This document shows positions 13,958 to 27,299 of a DNA stretch of 64,000 nucleotides, piece after piece. Below the pieces are notes generated by a model that did no database searches, had not been told where the DNA came from, and was given only the letters and a program-made list of their open reading frames with translations. This stretch comes from Phyllosticta citribraziliensis (Eukaryota): contig NW_027117347.1 of assembly GCF_038025025.1 (NCBI RefSeq), forward strand, positions 62,001 to 126,000, given 5' to 3'. Both the position numbers and the translations under genes were made by a program. The first letter of the stretch is position 1. Each line of letters begins with the position of its first letter.

Positions 13958-14100
13958 TATCTAGTAGCTACTTAGCTTCTTAGTATCTACTCTACCTATC
14001 TAGTAGCTACTTAGCTTCCTAGTATCTACTCTACCTATCTAGTAGCAGCTTAGCTTCCTAGTATCTACTCTACCTATTTAGTAGCTGCTTAGCTTATTAG
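13958..14100. repeat. 39-bp tandem repeat x~4 with partial flanking copies
   Basis: tatctagtagctacttagcttcctagtatctactctacc at 13958, 13997, 14036 and 14075. Confidence 0.88.
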
Positions 14101-15115
14101 CAGCCACGTAGTTTTTATAGCACGCTATAGAGCTTTTCCTCTAGCTACTAAACTTATCTAGCGGCTAATAACTTATATAGAGGGTATAAAAGAGTACTAA
14201 CTCTTAACTTAAGCTAGTCTTACTCTTTAGGCTTTTTTATATCCTATAGATATAACTATCTCCTATAAATAAGTATATAAAGAGACGCCTTATAATATCT
14301 ACTCCTCTTATTATAACTAATATAACTACTAGATTTATATACCCTTACTACCTTACTTCTTTAATACGACTAACTGCCGCCTATACTAGTATAGGATCTA
14401 TGCCCTAGTATACTATCCCTATAAGTACTTAGTCTAAGATTAGTAGTACTAAGCTAATCTAGATAGCCCATATCATTATTAGACTAGTAACGCTTAATAA
14501 GCTAGATAATAAGGTCCCTATATAGGAGTTTATAATCTATAAGCTAGGTAGAGTATTAAGGTCTAGTATAACTAAGATAAAAATAGCCGTATTATCCCTA
14601 CTTATTACTATAATAATACTATAACCTTTATTAGCTTCTAGACCTTAATTCTCTATAACCTATTAGTAGTTTTAGCTTAAATTAGTTAAATATCCCTAGG
14701 AATAATCTATTTTTCTCTATACCTTAAGTATCTTCCCTTACTATTAGTTTCTATCTAGCTATATAGAAAAGGTTATAATCCTTAAATATATAATATTAAC
14801 TACCTCTAGTACTATTACCTAATATATTAGTATAGCTATTAATATACTTACCTAGGGCTTAACTATATCCTTATATATATTCCTTATACCTAATCCTCTC
14901 TATTACTTATAGTTTACTTATAGAATACGCCCTTATAGTAAAGGTTAGGGCTATAAAAAGTATAAAGGGGCTCTCTATAATAAGATATATACTATTAGTA
15001 CTACTAGCTTTTTATACTATTAGAATGTCTAAGACTTCTACTAGAAAGTTAAAGCTATTAGAGAGTTACTTAATATAGCTATAGAGCCTAGTATTTATCC
15101 CTCTCCTACTCTACC

Positions 15116-15450
15116 TACTCCTAGCTTTAAGGCACTTAATATAGACTATAGTATAATAATAGAGCATATTTCTATAATGCTACCCTATATTAAGTTCTTT
15201 TATATAAACATCTATAAGACCTTACTTAAGGCAGCTACTCTAATAGGATATATTAAAGAAAAATTTAAATTATTAGCCTACCCCCCCTACTCCTAGCTTA
15301 GAGGCTCTTAATACTAACTATAGTATAATAGTAAAGTATATTACTAGGATAATGCCCTTTATTAAGCTCTTTTAAACTAATATCTATAAGACCTTACTTA
15401 AGGCAGCTATCCTAATAGATATATTAAGGATAAATTTAAAATATTAGTCT
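15116..15450. repeat. 171-bp (57-codon) tandem duplication inside a RIPed ORF
   Basis: ctactcctagctt...atctataagaccttacttaaggcagcta...aaatttaaa begins at 15116 and 15287. Confidence 0.85.
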
Positions 15451-15969
15451 ACTCCTACTTCTAAGACCTTAGTTCTCTATAATATATTTATAGCCTTAGT
15501 TTAAATTTATTAAGTATCTCTAAAGTAATTTCCTTTTTTTCTATACCTTATATAATCTTCCTACTATAGTTTTTATCTAGTCCCTATATAGAGTAAGCTT
15601 ACTAATAATACCTATAGGTAACTCTAGATATCTTAAGTAACTAGCTTATAAACCTTATTAATTCCCCTACCTTATCTACTTCCTTTACGCGCTAATATAG
15701 CTATTAATATATAGGGTATACTTACCCTAGGCTCTACTAAATACTACTACTTAAAGAATAACGCTATATTTAATATTACTAAGGATTTTATTATTTTAGA
15801 GAAAGGATTTAATCTCTCCCCTTAGCTTTTCTATAAGTTTTTAATATTAATTATTACTATAGTTATATAGTATATTAAATATCTCCTATAATTAGGGTTT
15901 AGCTAAGTAAGATAGTAGATACTTATAAAGAGCTAAAGGTAAGTATATTAATTTCCCTCTATTTACTAT

Positions 15970-16660
15970 AGTATTACTAACTACTTTATAGAAATAGATA
16001 CCTAGAACTACCTAGTATATATCCCTTTATAGCTCTACCCTCTACTAGACTAGGGGTGTAGAGGCTGAGCTTTATAAGCTTTATACTAATAATAAGGAGC
16101 AAGTAGAGATGACCTTAAATAATACCTAGATTATAGAGTTAATAATAGAGATAGCTTATAAGGATAAGCTAATTAGGACCCTTAAGAGGTAGGCTACTAA
16201 GAAAGACGCCTAAATTAGTACCTTTAGGGGTAATATTACTAAGAAAGATGCCTAAATTAGTACCCTTAAGGGTATTATTACTAATAGAGACTCTAAGCTT
16301 ACTCTTTAAGGGCCAGGTTATTAAGATCCTAATCTACCTAGCTTAGTTACTACTAGGCTTCTACTTACTAAGGCTTATAACGACCTTAATAGTCTCCTTA
16401 ATAACTTTACTACTAAGCTCTTTAACCTTACTATTAAAGAAGCCATAGCGCTTGCTATATTAGAAACCTACTAGTAATACTATTAAAAAGGCTAATAAGA
16501 TGGCTAAGGAGCTCCTCTTTAAGTACTACTTAGTAGTAATAAAACCTCTACCCTAGCTTTAATAGAGTAGATATATAAGATTATTAAAAAAATAAAGTAC
16601 TATATTACTAGTAAGACTATCTCTAGTTCTATAAGACGCGCTAACTCTTCTAGATAAGAA
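15970..16660 (+). pseudogene. RIPed coiled-coil orphan gene
   Basis: De-RIPs to ...KDELIRTLERQATEKDAQIGTLRGDITEKDAQIGTLKG..., with a 42-bp repeat at ~16196-16275. Confidence 0.55.
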
Positions 16661-16699
16661 AAAGTCTAAGGCTAACTACTTATCCTTATACGCCCTAAT

Positions 16700-17340
16700 T
16701 CTAGCTATACCCTAATACGCTTTTAGGCCCTATAATTATTCTCTACTATAGATAATACTATTAGAATATTAGTCTATAATATTTTTACTACTAACTCTCC
16801 TTAATTTTAAGTCTTATCTTTAAATAGTTATATAGTCTTTAATTCCTCTATAGGCTTTACTACTAGAGCTTTATTCCCCTTAGGATGTATACTATACTTC
16901 TAGTAATAATATTTTTAATAAACATCTTAAGCTTAAGATTATAACCTGGTTTATAACTATAATTCTTAGGTATAATTACCTATATAGATAGTAGAAGCAT
17001 GCTAACTTATAATATACTTTAATACTATAGCTAGAATCTCTTAGGCTTAACTTATCCTTTATTATAGGCTCTTTCTATAATAAGACCCTCCTTAACTTAC
17101 TAGCTCTCTTTAACTTTATAAGTCTTATCTTTAAAAAGTTATATAGTCTTTTATTCTATATAGGCTTTACTATTAGAGCTTTATTCTCTATAAGAGCCTT
17201 ATTCCCCTTAGGACGTATATATAACTCTAATAAAGCTCTATTAAAGGATGCCTACTTTAGTATAAATAGCTCTAGTAATAAACATCCTAAGCTTAAGATT
17301 ATAACCTAGGTTTAGAACTATAATAAAGCTCTATTAAAGG
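16700..17340 (+). pseudogene. RIPed family F relic with internal duplication (KHPxLxI motif)
   Basis: aaacatc(t/c)taagcttaagattataacct occurs at ~16920 and ~17280, with matching upstream tracts. Compare RKHPVLRIDVG at ~38.39-38.42 kb. Confidence 0.45.
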
Positions 17341-18360
17341 ACTTTATAGCCTCCTACTCTACCTATACCTAACTTTAACGCCCTTAGCCTTAACTATACT
17401 ATAATAGAGGGCTATATTTCTATAATTATACCTCTTATATAACCCTTTTATAATAATATATATAAGATATTACTTAAGATACTTTTTAATAGGATATATT
17501 AAGAAGACTTTTAACTATATTAGTAAGAAGGTAAATATATATAAGAACGCGCTTAAAGAAAAGAAGTATATAATAATAACCCCTAGAAGTATTCCTTCCC
17601 TATTTAGCCTTATCTATATTAAAACATTCTATACCTTAGAAATAATTCTATAAGGACCCTTTAATTAATAGCTATACTAAGTTCTCTAGGGACCTTAAGC
17701 CTTATATTAATATAGAAAATACTATATACCTAAGGTTAAAGTACTCCTTTCCTCTATCTATAAAGAAATTAGTAAGCTAGTAGAGAAGAGTAGTAACTCT
17801 ATATTTAGTCTTAAGAATAACCTAGTAGAGGTAGTCCTTTAGTAATTTAATAGTCTAAATTAGCTATATTAAAGCTATATTAGTTCTCCTTAATACTCCT
17901 TTACCTAGGACTACTAAAGTTATCTCTTTATCTATTATATTTCTTTATCCTATAGTATTAACCTATATATTAACCCCTATACGCGGCCTCTATACTTCTA
18001 AGAGTTTTAAAAACTCCTAACTAGTACTATCCTTCCTACTAAGTTACTATTTATTAAGCGCGGCATCTACCTTTTAGAAAGGGTTATTTTATAGAGTAAG
18101 TATAATAGCCTTCTTATACTATAGTTCTATTTATACTCCTAAAGCTCTAGGGTATAGGAGATAGTTAACTTATAGCTAACTTATAGTTTAGTCTCTTAAG
18201 GAAGAATTTAGTATAACTAATTAGTCATCTAGAATGCTAATATAATAGGTGCCTATACTATAGTTATATAGGAGCTTTCTAACTAGGCTAAGTCCTTAAT
18301 CTATAGTATTTATCTAGTATAGCTATAAAGCTATCTAGCACTTAGTCTCTAGTCCTAATA

Positions 18361-18580
18361 AAGAATACTTTAGTATTATTAATATACCTAGTCTCTTTAA
18401 AAACCCTAGCCCTTATTATAGACTATTATTAAACCCCTAGCCTCTTTAAAAATTCCCCTCTATCTTAGTAGCCCTTATAAAGAACACTTTAGTATTATTA
18501 ATATACCTAGCCTTCTTAAGAACCTATAGCCCTTATTATAAACTCTTATTAATACCCTGCCTCTTTAAAAATCTATAGCC
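18361..18580. repeat. ~120-bp tandem duplication
   Basis: aagaa(t/c)actttagtattattaatatacctag at 18361 and 18480. Confidence 0.8.
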
Positions 18581-18599
18581 TATTAGTTTTAGTAATAGC

Positions 18600-19773
18600 T
18601 ATAGTATATTTAATAAGTTATTAAGGAGCTTAAGCTCTAGCACCTTTAAAAGGAGAATTCCTAACTCTAGTAGAGACCTACTAATAGCTAAGAGGGGCTT
18701 AAGTAGCTTTAGAGTAAGGCTCTTAAGAAAGATTTATATATTAAAGAGTTAGAAAAGGAAAATATAGTACTAGTAATTAAGTATAATCTTATTAAGTCTT
18801 TCCTCCTTAGTAAGCTATAGTATAAGGGTAAAGAAGCTACTAAAGCTACTTTATACTCTAAGAAGTTAATAATCTCTACTAACTTACTCTCCTTACTAGA
18901 TAAATTCTACTACTCTCTTTATCTTTACTAACTCTTATCCCTTACTAGTACTGCCTACTTCTTAGAGCCTAGAACTTATACTTATATAAGTACTACTAGC
19001 TTATAATATAAATAAAGGGTTTCTTTAGAAGAAGAAGGTTATAATTCTTATATACTATAATAGTAGACCTAAATATATAAAGTATTAAGGTATTACTATA
19101 TCCTATCTCTTACTTCTACTCCTATAAGTTTTTCCTTACTATATAGTAACATTCTAGCTTATACTAATATATTTATAGAAAGATTTCTATAAAGCTTAAC
19201 CTACTATATAGATCGAGTTATTAAGGAGCTTAGGCTTAGGCTCTAGTACCTTTAAGAGGAGAACTCCTAACTCTAGCTTAAAGTAGAGACCTAAAGGAAG
19301 GAGAAGTTAGTACTAGTAGCCTAGTATAATCTACTACTATCTACTATTCTAGTTATATTAAAAGATAATAACTAGGAGGCTTTATATATTAATAAGCTAA
19401 CTAAGGGGCTAGATAAAGTGGCTAGCCTTAATATCTAGATAATAATAAGGTATTTAACCTACTAAAGAATACTATCTCCCTAGCTAATAAGATTAGTTAT
19501 CTAAATATATAAGTTCTTACTATAATAGAACTACTACTTATACTAATACAGTTCTAATAAAAAACTACTATAATAGATTAACTAGTTAAGTAGGTTAAAA
19601 TCCTCTATAAGGTTTTAAGAGCCTAGCTTAAGGCTAGGTTAATAGACTTATATATCTAAGAGCTAGAGAGGGAGAACTCTATATTAAAAGTAGAGCGTGA
19701 CTTACTATAGTATACCCTCTAGGCTATAGTATATAATAAGGGTAAAGATATAGCCCGCGCCTTAAAGAGTTAA
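18600..19773 (+). pseudogene. Two tandem RIPed paralogous coiled-coil genes
   Basis: agttattaaggagctta..ctctag(c/t)acctttaa..ggagaa occurs at ~18616 and ~19216. Both end in about DxHIxELExENxxLxxE(R)D...KGK, similar to DPRLGELEAANEL..AERD at 22.27-22.35 kb. Confidence 0.55.
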
Positions 19774-21273
19774 GAAAGGGAAATATAATAGTTAGGCTTA
19801 ATAGTAGATAAAATAGGATTAAAAATTAAGATATTATCTATACTTCTTAAGTAACCTTTAACTTTTCTTATAACTACTACTATTATATATATATACTATA
19901 ATGCCTTATCTAGTAGCTAGCTAAAAGCCTTTATCTTTAATCTGCGTTATTTTATAGTACTAGGAGTAAAGCTATTAGACGGCTAGATAGTATAATATTA
20001 TCTATAACTACTTTAAGGAAGACTAAGACGGCTCCTAGATTAATTTTAAAGGAAACTTCTACTAGCTATAATCTAATAGTTCCCTAGAAATAGTAACTAG
20101 CAGGATCTAAGTACCTCTATAATTAAGTATTTAAGCGCGGGAACGTTAATAGGCTTAGAATTCTAGTCTAGGTATAGTATATAGTAGGAGTATTTTATAC
20201 TAGTTAGATTCTATATTAGTAAGATGACTAAATAACTTTAAATATCTAGTAAGTTAACCTAGAGTATTAGATTAATAATTTTCTTAATTATATAGGTATT
20301 TTTAGTTAGTAAATTAGTATAATAGTTAATTATATAGGCATTTTTACTAGATAGGCATTTTTTACTACTAGATTATAATAATATTAATTATATAGGCACT
20401 TTTTACTAGGGTTAGACTTTATTATAAGTCTTTTAAACTTTAAACTTAACTAAATTAGGATAACTTTAAATATAGTAAGATAGGCTTTATTATTAATCTT
20501 TTATCCTAATTAAGTTATTTTACTCTAAAGATATATATAATCTAGTAATAGAGTAATTCTTTAGGTTAGCTATAGTCTAGGTATTACCTAATAAGGTCTA
20601 CTTAAGATGAGGCAGGCTAGGGACTAGAAGAGAAGCTTTAATAATACCTTACTTTAAAATAGTACTAGCTATAGGATAAGCTTAAGATAAGAGTAAGAAG
20701 GATAATTAGAGAAGTAATATAAAAGTTAGAGAAGATAAAGCTTAAAAGGTAGCATATACTATAGGAGGCGTATTAATAAATTTTATAATAGAAATAATAC
20801 CTTTCTAAAGAAGTAGAGATACTAAAGTATATCTTTAAAGAATAGTAGGGCTAGGCGGTTAAGTAGACTAACTCCTTATCTATAGCCTTCTTTAGTATCT
20901 ACGTACTTGCGCAACTTAACCTGGGTAGATATAAGAGGGGAAGAGGCTATACTTATTAGTTATAGGCATCTCTTATTATAGTCCCTATTATTATAGTAGT
21001 AGCTGGCCTCCTTAGCGGCGTCGCGGTTGTAGCTGACCACTATAGCTGATAGTCCCTGGTGCTGCCTTTAACACGGTCTTTAAGTTGCCTCTGCCTGTGA
21101 ATTTGTTGGTAGAGAGCTGGGCCTGATAGTAGAGGATAAAAGACGGCGTAGATAATAATTACTCTATAGCCCCTAGTACTTGGCTTAAGCCGCCGCTTAA
21201 TAGATTTATGATATCACTAAAAATGTTAGCTAGTCCTTAATTCAAGCGGTTAAGGGATGTATGACTGATCTTA

Positions 21274-21846
21274 TCAGGGTCGCGCCAATAAGCTCGAGGG
21301 AGCGAGCTCCAAGCGCGTAGCCATGAGTTCGGCTTCCAGACCGTTGATTGTCATGTATAAGCCTTCAATCTCGCCGTTCCTGTTGTTCAAGCGCCTCTTG
21401 AGGGTGGCCAACCTGGCCTGCTGGTCACTGAGCTGTTGCTTCTGGTCCTTGACCTGTTCCTTCAGGGCATCGTTCTTGCTTTGAAGCCTGGCCATGGCCT
21501 TGTAACCATCTGCAAACGTTAGCTTTGCAAGTAAGAGGGAGGGTAAACTTACCGCCGTAACCCCTGGTGCTCGGCTCAATCCTGGGAGCGCCGCTCAACG
21601 GATGCATGACGTTGCCTGGAAATGTCAGCTAGCCCTTGATCCAAGAGGTTCAACGTACGAGTGATCTTGTCGGGTCACGCGCCAACATGTCTGCTTCGCT
21701 TTGGTTGATGCCACCGTCTCTGGAAATGTCGTACCTTGGAATGCTATCGGATCGGTTTGGATGGAGCCCGCCAATTCGCTTGAGACCTCGAGACGCCATT
21801 GTGGGACGCGTTTATTGGTGTTGATGGTTGGCAGTTGTGAGGCCAT
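21274..21846 (-). pseudogene. Family B coiled-coil gene, un-RIPed and split by a stop or frameshift
   Basis: ORFs 21625..21846 (ATG) and 21274..21579 (heptad-rich). Homologous to the RIPed 2.2-2.9 kb copy. Confidence 0.6.
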
Positions 21847-21932
21847 GACGTGAGAAAAGGCACGGAGAAGGCGGGAAGACTGTAGAATGTTGAGGGTGCC
21901 TGAATGGTGCCGAGTCCGTCGCTGAGAGACCT

Positions 21933-22470
21933 ATGTTTGATTTCCAGTCACTTCTCGACGCGTATGCGCCGACAAGAAGTTCGCCGCGGAATAGGAAATT
22001 CGCCTTGAGGATCTCCGCCGGGCCAGACAAGATATAAGGCAGGCGGACGAAACCTTTCGAGTCATGAACCAAGAGATTAATGCTTGGTACCCATTCAAGC
22101 GCGTCGCAGAAACATCTCGCGAGATTGCCACGCACGCTGCCACGGACGACTACACCAATTTGGTCCAGCAAGTCACCGCCATGGTCAAAATCAATGAGAC
22201 TCGAGAAAGAAAACCAAAAGCTTCAACAAGACAATGAGCAGCTGCGCGCCGAATTGGCTTCTTCTCGAGACGACCCACGCCTGGGAGAACTCGAGGCGGC
22301 AAACGAGCTGGTCTAGGATGATCTCCGGGTGGCCATGGCAGAGCGCGACTTTTACTCGCGTCGGGTGCGTGGTTCAAGCCAGCAGTACCCCAAAGAGCTT
22401 GATACTTTGAGTACCACCATGGCCTGCGTTAGACTTACGCTGCAGGAATGCTCCCGCCACCCCGCTTGAA
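21933..22470 (+). pseudogene. Frameshifted coiled-coil gene resembling the family C N-terminus
   Basis: ATG at 21933. Fragments SREIATHAATDDYTNLV and RLEKENQKLQQDNEQLRAEL lie in different frames, with an in-frame TAG at 22314. Confidence 0.5.
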
Positions 22471-22499
22471 TGAAGCCCGGTGATTCTGCTCATAGATAT

Positions 22500-24000
22500 T
22501 GCAACTGAACTGCAGTCGGCCACCGACAAGTTCAACAGCCTTGCCAAACAAGTCCAAGGAGAGCAGTGAGAAGGGGCTTCTCTACAGCGTCATCCCACCC
22601 TTGGCCGCGGCGACTGCCGCCCTCATGTTTGACATCACCAAACACTTGGGGTCGGCCAAATACTTTCATGGACCGGCCAACTGCGCTCCTTTTCCAGAGT
22701 TGATGGAGGACGGAGTCTCCAGGACAATACACCTTGATTTCGCACCTTCGTCGGCCCTGACCTCCTTCAGAGTGCCATTGAGGAGCTCTCGGCAGAGTGA
22801 GGTTCTCGGAGTTGGACAGGCTGAGGAGCTGCGCATCGGCTCGGAGGTCGTCTTCGGTGAGCCGGGCGCGTTCTTGGTGTGGACCGTCGCGGACATCGGC
22901 TGAGACAGTGGGTCTTCACGGACGAAAAAATGAACGACATAAAATGTAAACAAGAGGAGAATCAGGCGAGTTCGTGTCTGCTACGCATAGGAAGAAGCCA
23001 AAGATGGAGATGGCCGACGAGTGAGGCCAGATGCGTCGCGGCGCTGCTTGAGCCGCGTTGGCAGGCGTAGAGGGAGAGTAGAGCCCGGGCCCAGCATGCT
23101 GGTTACTATTGACGCAGCTGGCGCAAGACGTAGTTTGCTGCCCATCGCCTTCCAATGTGTATTTGCGCAAAGCAGTCTCGGTGTAGTAGTGAGCGATATT
23201 GTCCATGTTGAGCATTGCCACGGCAAACTCTCAGGCGCTTCATGGCGGTATGAAGAAGATGGAAAGTCCTTGGGTGCCGGGGCTCGCAACGATGCCGAGG
23301 AAGGATCATCTTGGTGCTCGCCATCAAGACCTGCTGGTTTGTTCAGAGGACGGATGTTGTCACGGGCCGGGTCGCTCGCCGGAATTCGAGGGGAGTGGAG
23401 CCATTGGAGCGTGGCCTTTGCAGGAGTGGTTCTGTCCTAGCCGCTGCTCATTGTCTTTCTGCTGTCTGGTCAGCAAAGCACTACCCTCAGAGTTTGTGAC
23501 TTTCCGTAGTGTGGTCCTGACGGACGTCCCGAGCTGTCGGCCGCCTCGGTCGTGGGTAGCGGTCGGTCTGGATTCGATGCTGGAGCGTGAGGGCGCGTGG
23601 CCGCATGTCGAGATCTCGGCTTCGGGCAACCAGAACAGCAAGACCATCAGTCCTGCAATGACTTCACTCCGCCCTGAGCGGATGCGCCACGGAGCACGAG
23701 GGAGGATTGAAGCGAATCGTCGGGATTGACTAACCTGAGGCATTGCGATGCTGCGCTCGAGGCGGATCTTAACCGCCAATGTGGTGACGGGTCCGACCAG
23801 AAGTTAGACCTCAATCGAAGATGACGTACGCGTCCGACCAGAAGTGAGACCTCAATCGAAGATGACGTACGCGCCCTCGCTCGAGGCGGATCTTAACCGC
23901 CAATGTGGTGACGGGTCCGCAGAAGTGAGACCTCAATCGAAGATGACGTACGCGCCCTCGCTCTGCGGCGCAATCAGAACCTTGGCTCTCATGGCGCAGA
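22500..24000 (-). pseudogene. Family D orphan gene, multiply frameshifted
   Basis: Ordered motifs shared with the RIPed 8.4-9.3 kb copy are spread over several minus-strand frames. Confidence 0.55.
23754..23963. repeat. Near-perfect mosaic tandem repeat A-B-B-A-B (~41-bp units)
   Basis: A = cgctcgaggcggatcttaaccgccaatgtggtgacgggtccg (23754, 23878). B = cagaagtgagacctcaatcgaagatgacgtacgcg (x3). Confidence 0.95.
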
Positions 24001-24899
24001 TGGGAATGCCGGTGTTGGTCAAGACAAATCGTGCTTGAGGAGTTGCGGCCACGCTGGATGACGGGCCGCAGTGAGGACAGGGCTGCTCAGTCAGTACCGG
24101 AGGCCAAGGGTAGAGGTACTCACCAGGGCGCTGCCTTGTCAGGCACTGTCCAAGAAGTGTGGGTGGTGAGGAGACTAATCCGGACTCTTCGGCTGTTGTC
24201 CTTGCCGTTCACAAAGGCTTCACACCACCTCGACTCGCTTAAATTTAGTCGGTGCTGCGTCTCGCCGTTCGTCTTGCATTCTGCAACACTCACCACCGAC
24301 CTCGTTAGCCATGGGAAACAACCAGTCGACCCAGGGCCGGCCTCGGTGCAAGAGTCCATTGCCTGTGCTGCACACTGACGACGGTGCTGTGCGTCCTTAG
24401 CCAACTGACCTCAAGCCAGTCTTTGCGGCAAGCCCAGATCACGGAATCTTGCACGCGCCCGTCTTCCCTCGCCTTGGCCCCGAAGCGGGCTCTCACGCCG
24501 ATGGCTTGCACGCTGCACGTCGTCCATCCAAGCGCCCCAAGGCTCTCGACGGAAGCATTCATGACTCCCACAACACTTCGAAGCCGCAGCCAAAATCGCT
24601 CAAGCTCGACTCGACCGTCGCGGGCCCTTCGATGGCGCTGATCCGTGGAGAGGGACAGTCTGCAGGCCGCAAGCGAAAGGCCTCGAGCGAGCCTGAAGAT
24701 CCGGAGAAGCGCTCTCGCAACGACGCTGACCTGCCTGGTTCCGAGCAGACCCCTGGACCCAAAGAGAAGCCCAAGATTCTCAATTTCAGTACGTCCCACC
24801 GTTGTTGACCTGTGCCCGACTGACCGACGCAGAGCTAGGGCCTGTCGCCCACGGCTATCGGCCTGCGCCTTCGTTTACCTTCTCTTCACCGGCGGACCT

Positions 24900-27100
24900 C
24901 GACCCCATTAAGGCAGCACCACAACGGAGGAACATGTTGGTCGTCGATGTAGATGCTCTGGGCGATTCAATCAAGTTGCAGCGGCAGCTTCGCGAAAAGG
25001 ACGGAGTCGGGTTGCTGTGGACTGACGCTGGCGGCTCTCTACATGCTGCACCGTTGTTGCCTCTGCCGTCATGACTTCAACGGAAGGGCGACGATTGTGG
25101 GCAGGTCGGTTAGGTCTCATGCTCGCGTTGCCGGTCGATGCGTCCTGCCTGACCGTGGCTCGGACTCTGGCGATCTGGCGAGTCATCAGGTTGGCCAGCT
25201 CTGTTTCGGGATTTGCATATGTGACGGGTCTAGGACGCGGGGCGTCTCACAGAATCTGGTCATTCCGAAGAGACCGAGAAACCCGATGCAAAAATGCGGG
25301 TTCCTGAGGTTGAACGTAACCCTCTGGCCTGCGGTAACCCGATGGCAGACGTGCAACGTAGTTGATCTTGGACCGGACCGCATTGAGATGATTCTCGATT
25401 CGTTCGCTCGTTGGATCGCTGGGGGACGTCTGTGCTGCTCTACAGTCGCCACGGCCTCGTCGATGATGCCAACTCTGTGCGGTCTCGTCTGCCGAACCAT
25501 GGGTGGTTGAAAATCCCGACCGCGCAAAGTCGACTGCCTGAACTGATGCACGGTTGTTTGGAGGAGCTTTACGGTGGTCCGTCTTTTGGCCAAGGTCGTC
25601 AACAAGCTCTTCACCTGTTGCTCGCGTCGTTTAAGATCATCCTTGGCTTTCTTGGATCTTTCAATGCATTTTTCATTCTGTCCCTTCCCGAACTCGACTT
25701 CCCAAATGCGCCTGTCCAGGTTTTGTTCACGGCGGTCGAGATGCCAATGCAGCCCATGGATGTATTCGTCTTTGTCATTATGATGTTTTTGTAGCCCTGG
25801 GTACTGTGGCTTATTGTGCTGTTGCCGGATCTTGCACCGGATCTTGCTGCACTCGACTCTGGATGGCCTATTACCTAATCATCTTGGTGGACCTGGCTCG
25901 CGCGTTGTTCAGAAGGCTTGTTGTTTCCAAGACGAGCGTTGACTTGCTGATCTTCGGGTCGTTGGTCAGGGCGGCCATGCATCTCGGGAGCGTTCATCCG
26001 CAATGCAGTCTAATTCGAATTGACTTGAGTTGAGCGTATCTGCATGCACAACGGAGGAACATGTTGGTCGTCGATTCGTCGTTGGGACGCTCCGAACATG
26101 CCACAAATGACGGGCGTCTGCGTGATGAGCCATGAGCGAAAGTGGGCTGATGCAGACGCCCTGTGTGCTCAAAATTCTTGCAATATAATCTTGTCTTTCT
26201 CCGTGTCGCCGGTAAAGCCCATCTGACTGCGCTCGAGTCTTTCCATCAAAGACCATTAATTCGACAAGGCGCGGACGAGCAGTTTTCGCGGTTGTTAGCA
26301 CGAACAACCGACGACTGACACCAAGCCAAGAAAGATGCAAGCCACTCCAGATGGGACTGCGGACAGTTTCGAGGGCCTCTGCTGGTGACGGGCCGGCTGA
26401 GGACTTCATTGCAGAGCCAGAACAAGTTGGCGTGCTCTGAATTGAGTTTTGTAATCGCTTTGATCGGCAGGTATGTCGGCGCCAAATTGATAGCGACATT
26501 GTTCGGTAAGCTTGTCGAGTCTCATCTTTCGGTTTCGTCCGTCCCAGAGGCCGTCGAGGCGGTGAATCTGGAAGCAAAAGTTGCCTTGCCGGCCTCGTCA
26601 TCAGCCCAATCGCCTCCGTGCTGACATCGCGTGCTGAGATTCCTGCTACGAACTTCATGCACTTGCAGAGTCAACTTGGCGCTCCCAGCCGCGGGCAGCA
26701 CCACTCTGCTGATTACCACCAATTGGTAGACACCTCCGTCTTGTCGCAAAGATACTGATATTCTTGACGCCTTCATGGGTGGGGGCGGTCAAGCGCGCAA
26801 GGTTGGACGGAAAGAATCGATGGCGGGGAATTGGCGCTGTTCTTCCACTTGCGAAGGACTCGTATTTCGTCAATACGGCGTGATCCCAACGTCCATACGT
26901 GCAAACAAAAGGTGAATTTTTCTTCCAACGCCCTGTTCTGCAGACTGGGAATATCTTCGACGAAACCCCCCGATGACCACAAAAGACAAGGTTGTCGTGC
27001 GGACCAAGCCTCGTGAATCCAGTGCTCGCCGACCGCGCACTGAACTTGATGTTTGATCGGCATTCCAAAGAGGAATCAAAGGGCGCGGAGGTTGGGGCTT
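24900..27100 (-). pseudogene. Two tandem, diverged family D-like pseudogenes (~25.8-24.9 kb with a coiled-coil N-terminus; ~27.1-26.0 kb)
   Basis: An identical 29-mer cacaacggaggaacatgttggtcgtcgat lies at 24920-24948 and 26047-26075. TRFCETP and FWLCNEVL sit at equivalent offsets. 25170-25200 resembles RIPed 9650-9685. Confidence 0.5.
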
Positions 27101-27299
27101 GCATGGTTTCGCCAGGCGCTGGCAGTCACCGGGCGAAGATAATTCGCCAAGGTCGCGGAGAGTAATGTGCTTTTCTTCGAGCGTGGGGGGTTTCCGGGAT
27201 GCTTGTTGTTCATCATGGTTGATGGCCAGCCTTCGACCTCGCGCATCGTCTCTTCGTACTCATCTCCGCGACTATGCGACCACTCAATTTTGGGCCAGC

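Larger units (their letters stand above)
1..21250. other. RIP-mutated AT-rich block (relic of repeated multigene DNA)
   Basis: Pervasive TA/TAG/TAA/CTA, almost no CA/TG or CG. No ORF >=60 aa in the six-frame track before 21274. Codon-periodic repeats survive. GC rises gradually over ~20.9-21.3 kb. Confidence 0.95.

Noticed and set aside
1..21250. LTR/LINE/TIR transposon or Starship captain (DUF3435 tyrosine recombinase) as the identity of the AT block
   Set aside because: No RT (YxDD), integrase, DDE or tyrosine-recombinase motifs could be recognised even allowing for RIP. A mobilising gene may lie outside the window, so this is unsupported rather than excluded.
24900..25800. Spok-type spore killer (coiled coil + nuclease + kinase)
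   Set aside because: Only the generic N-terminal coiled coil is shared. No kinase or nuclease motifs were seen.
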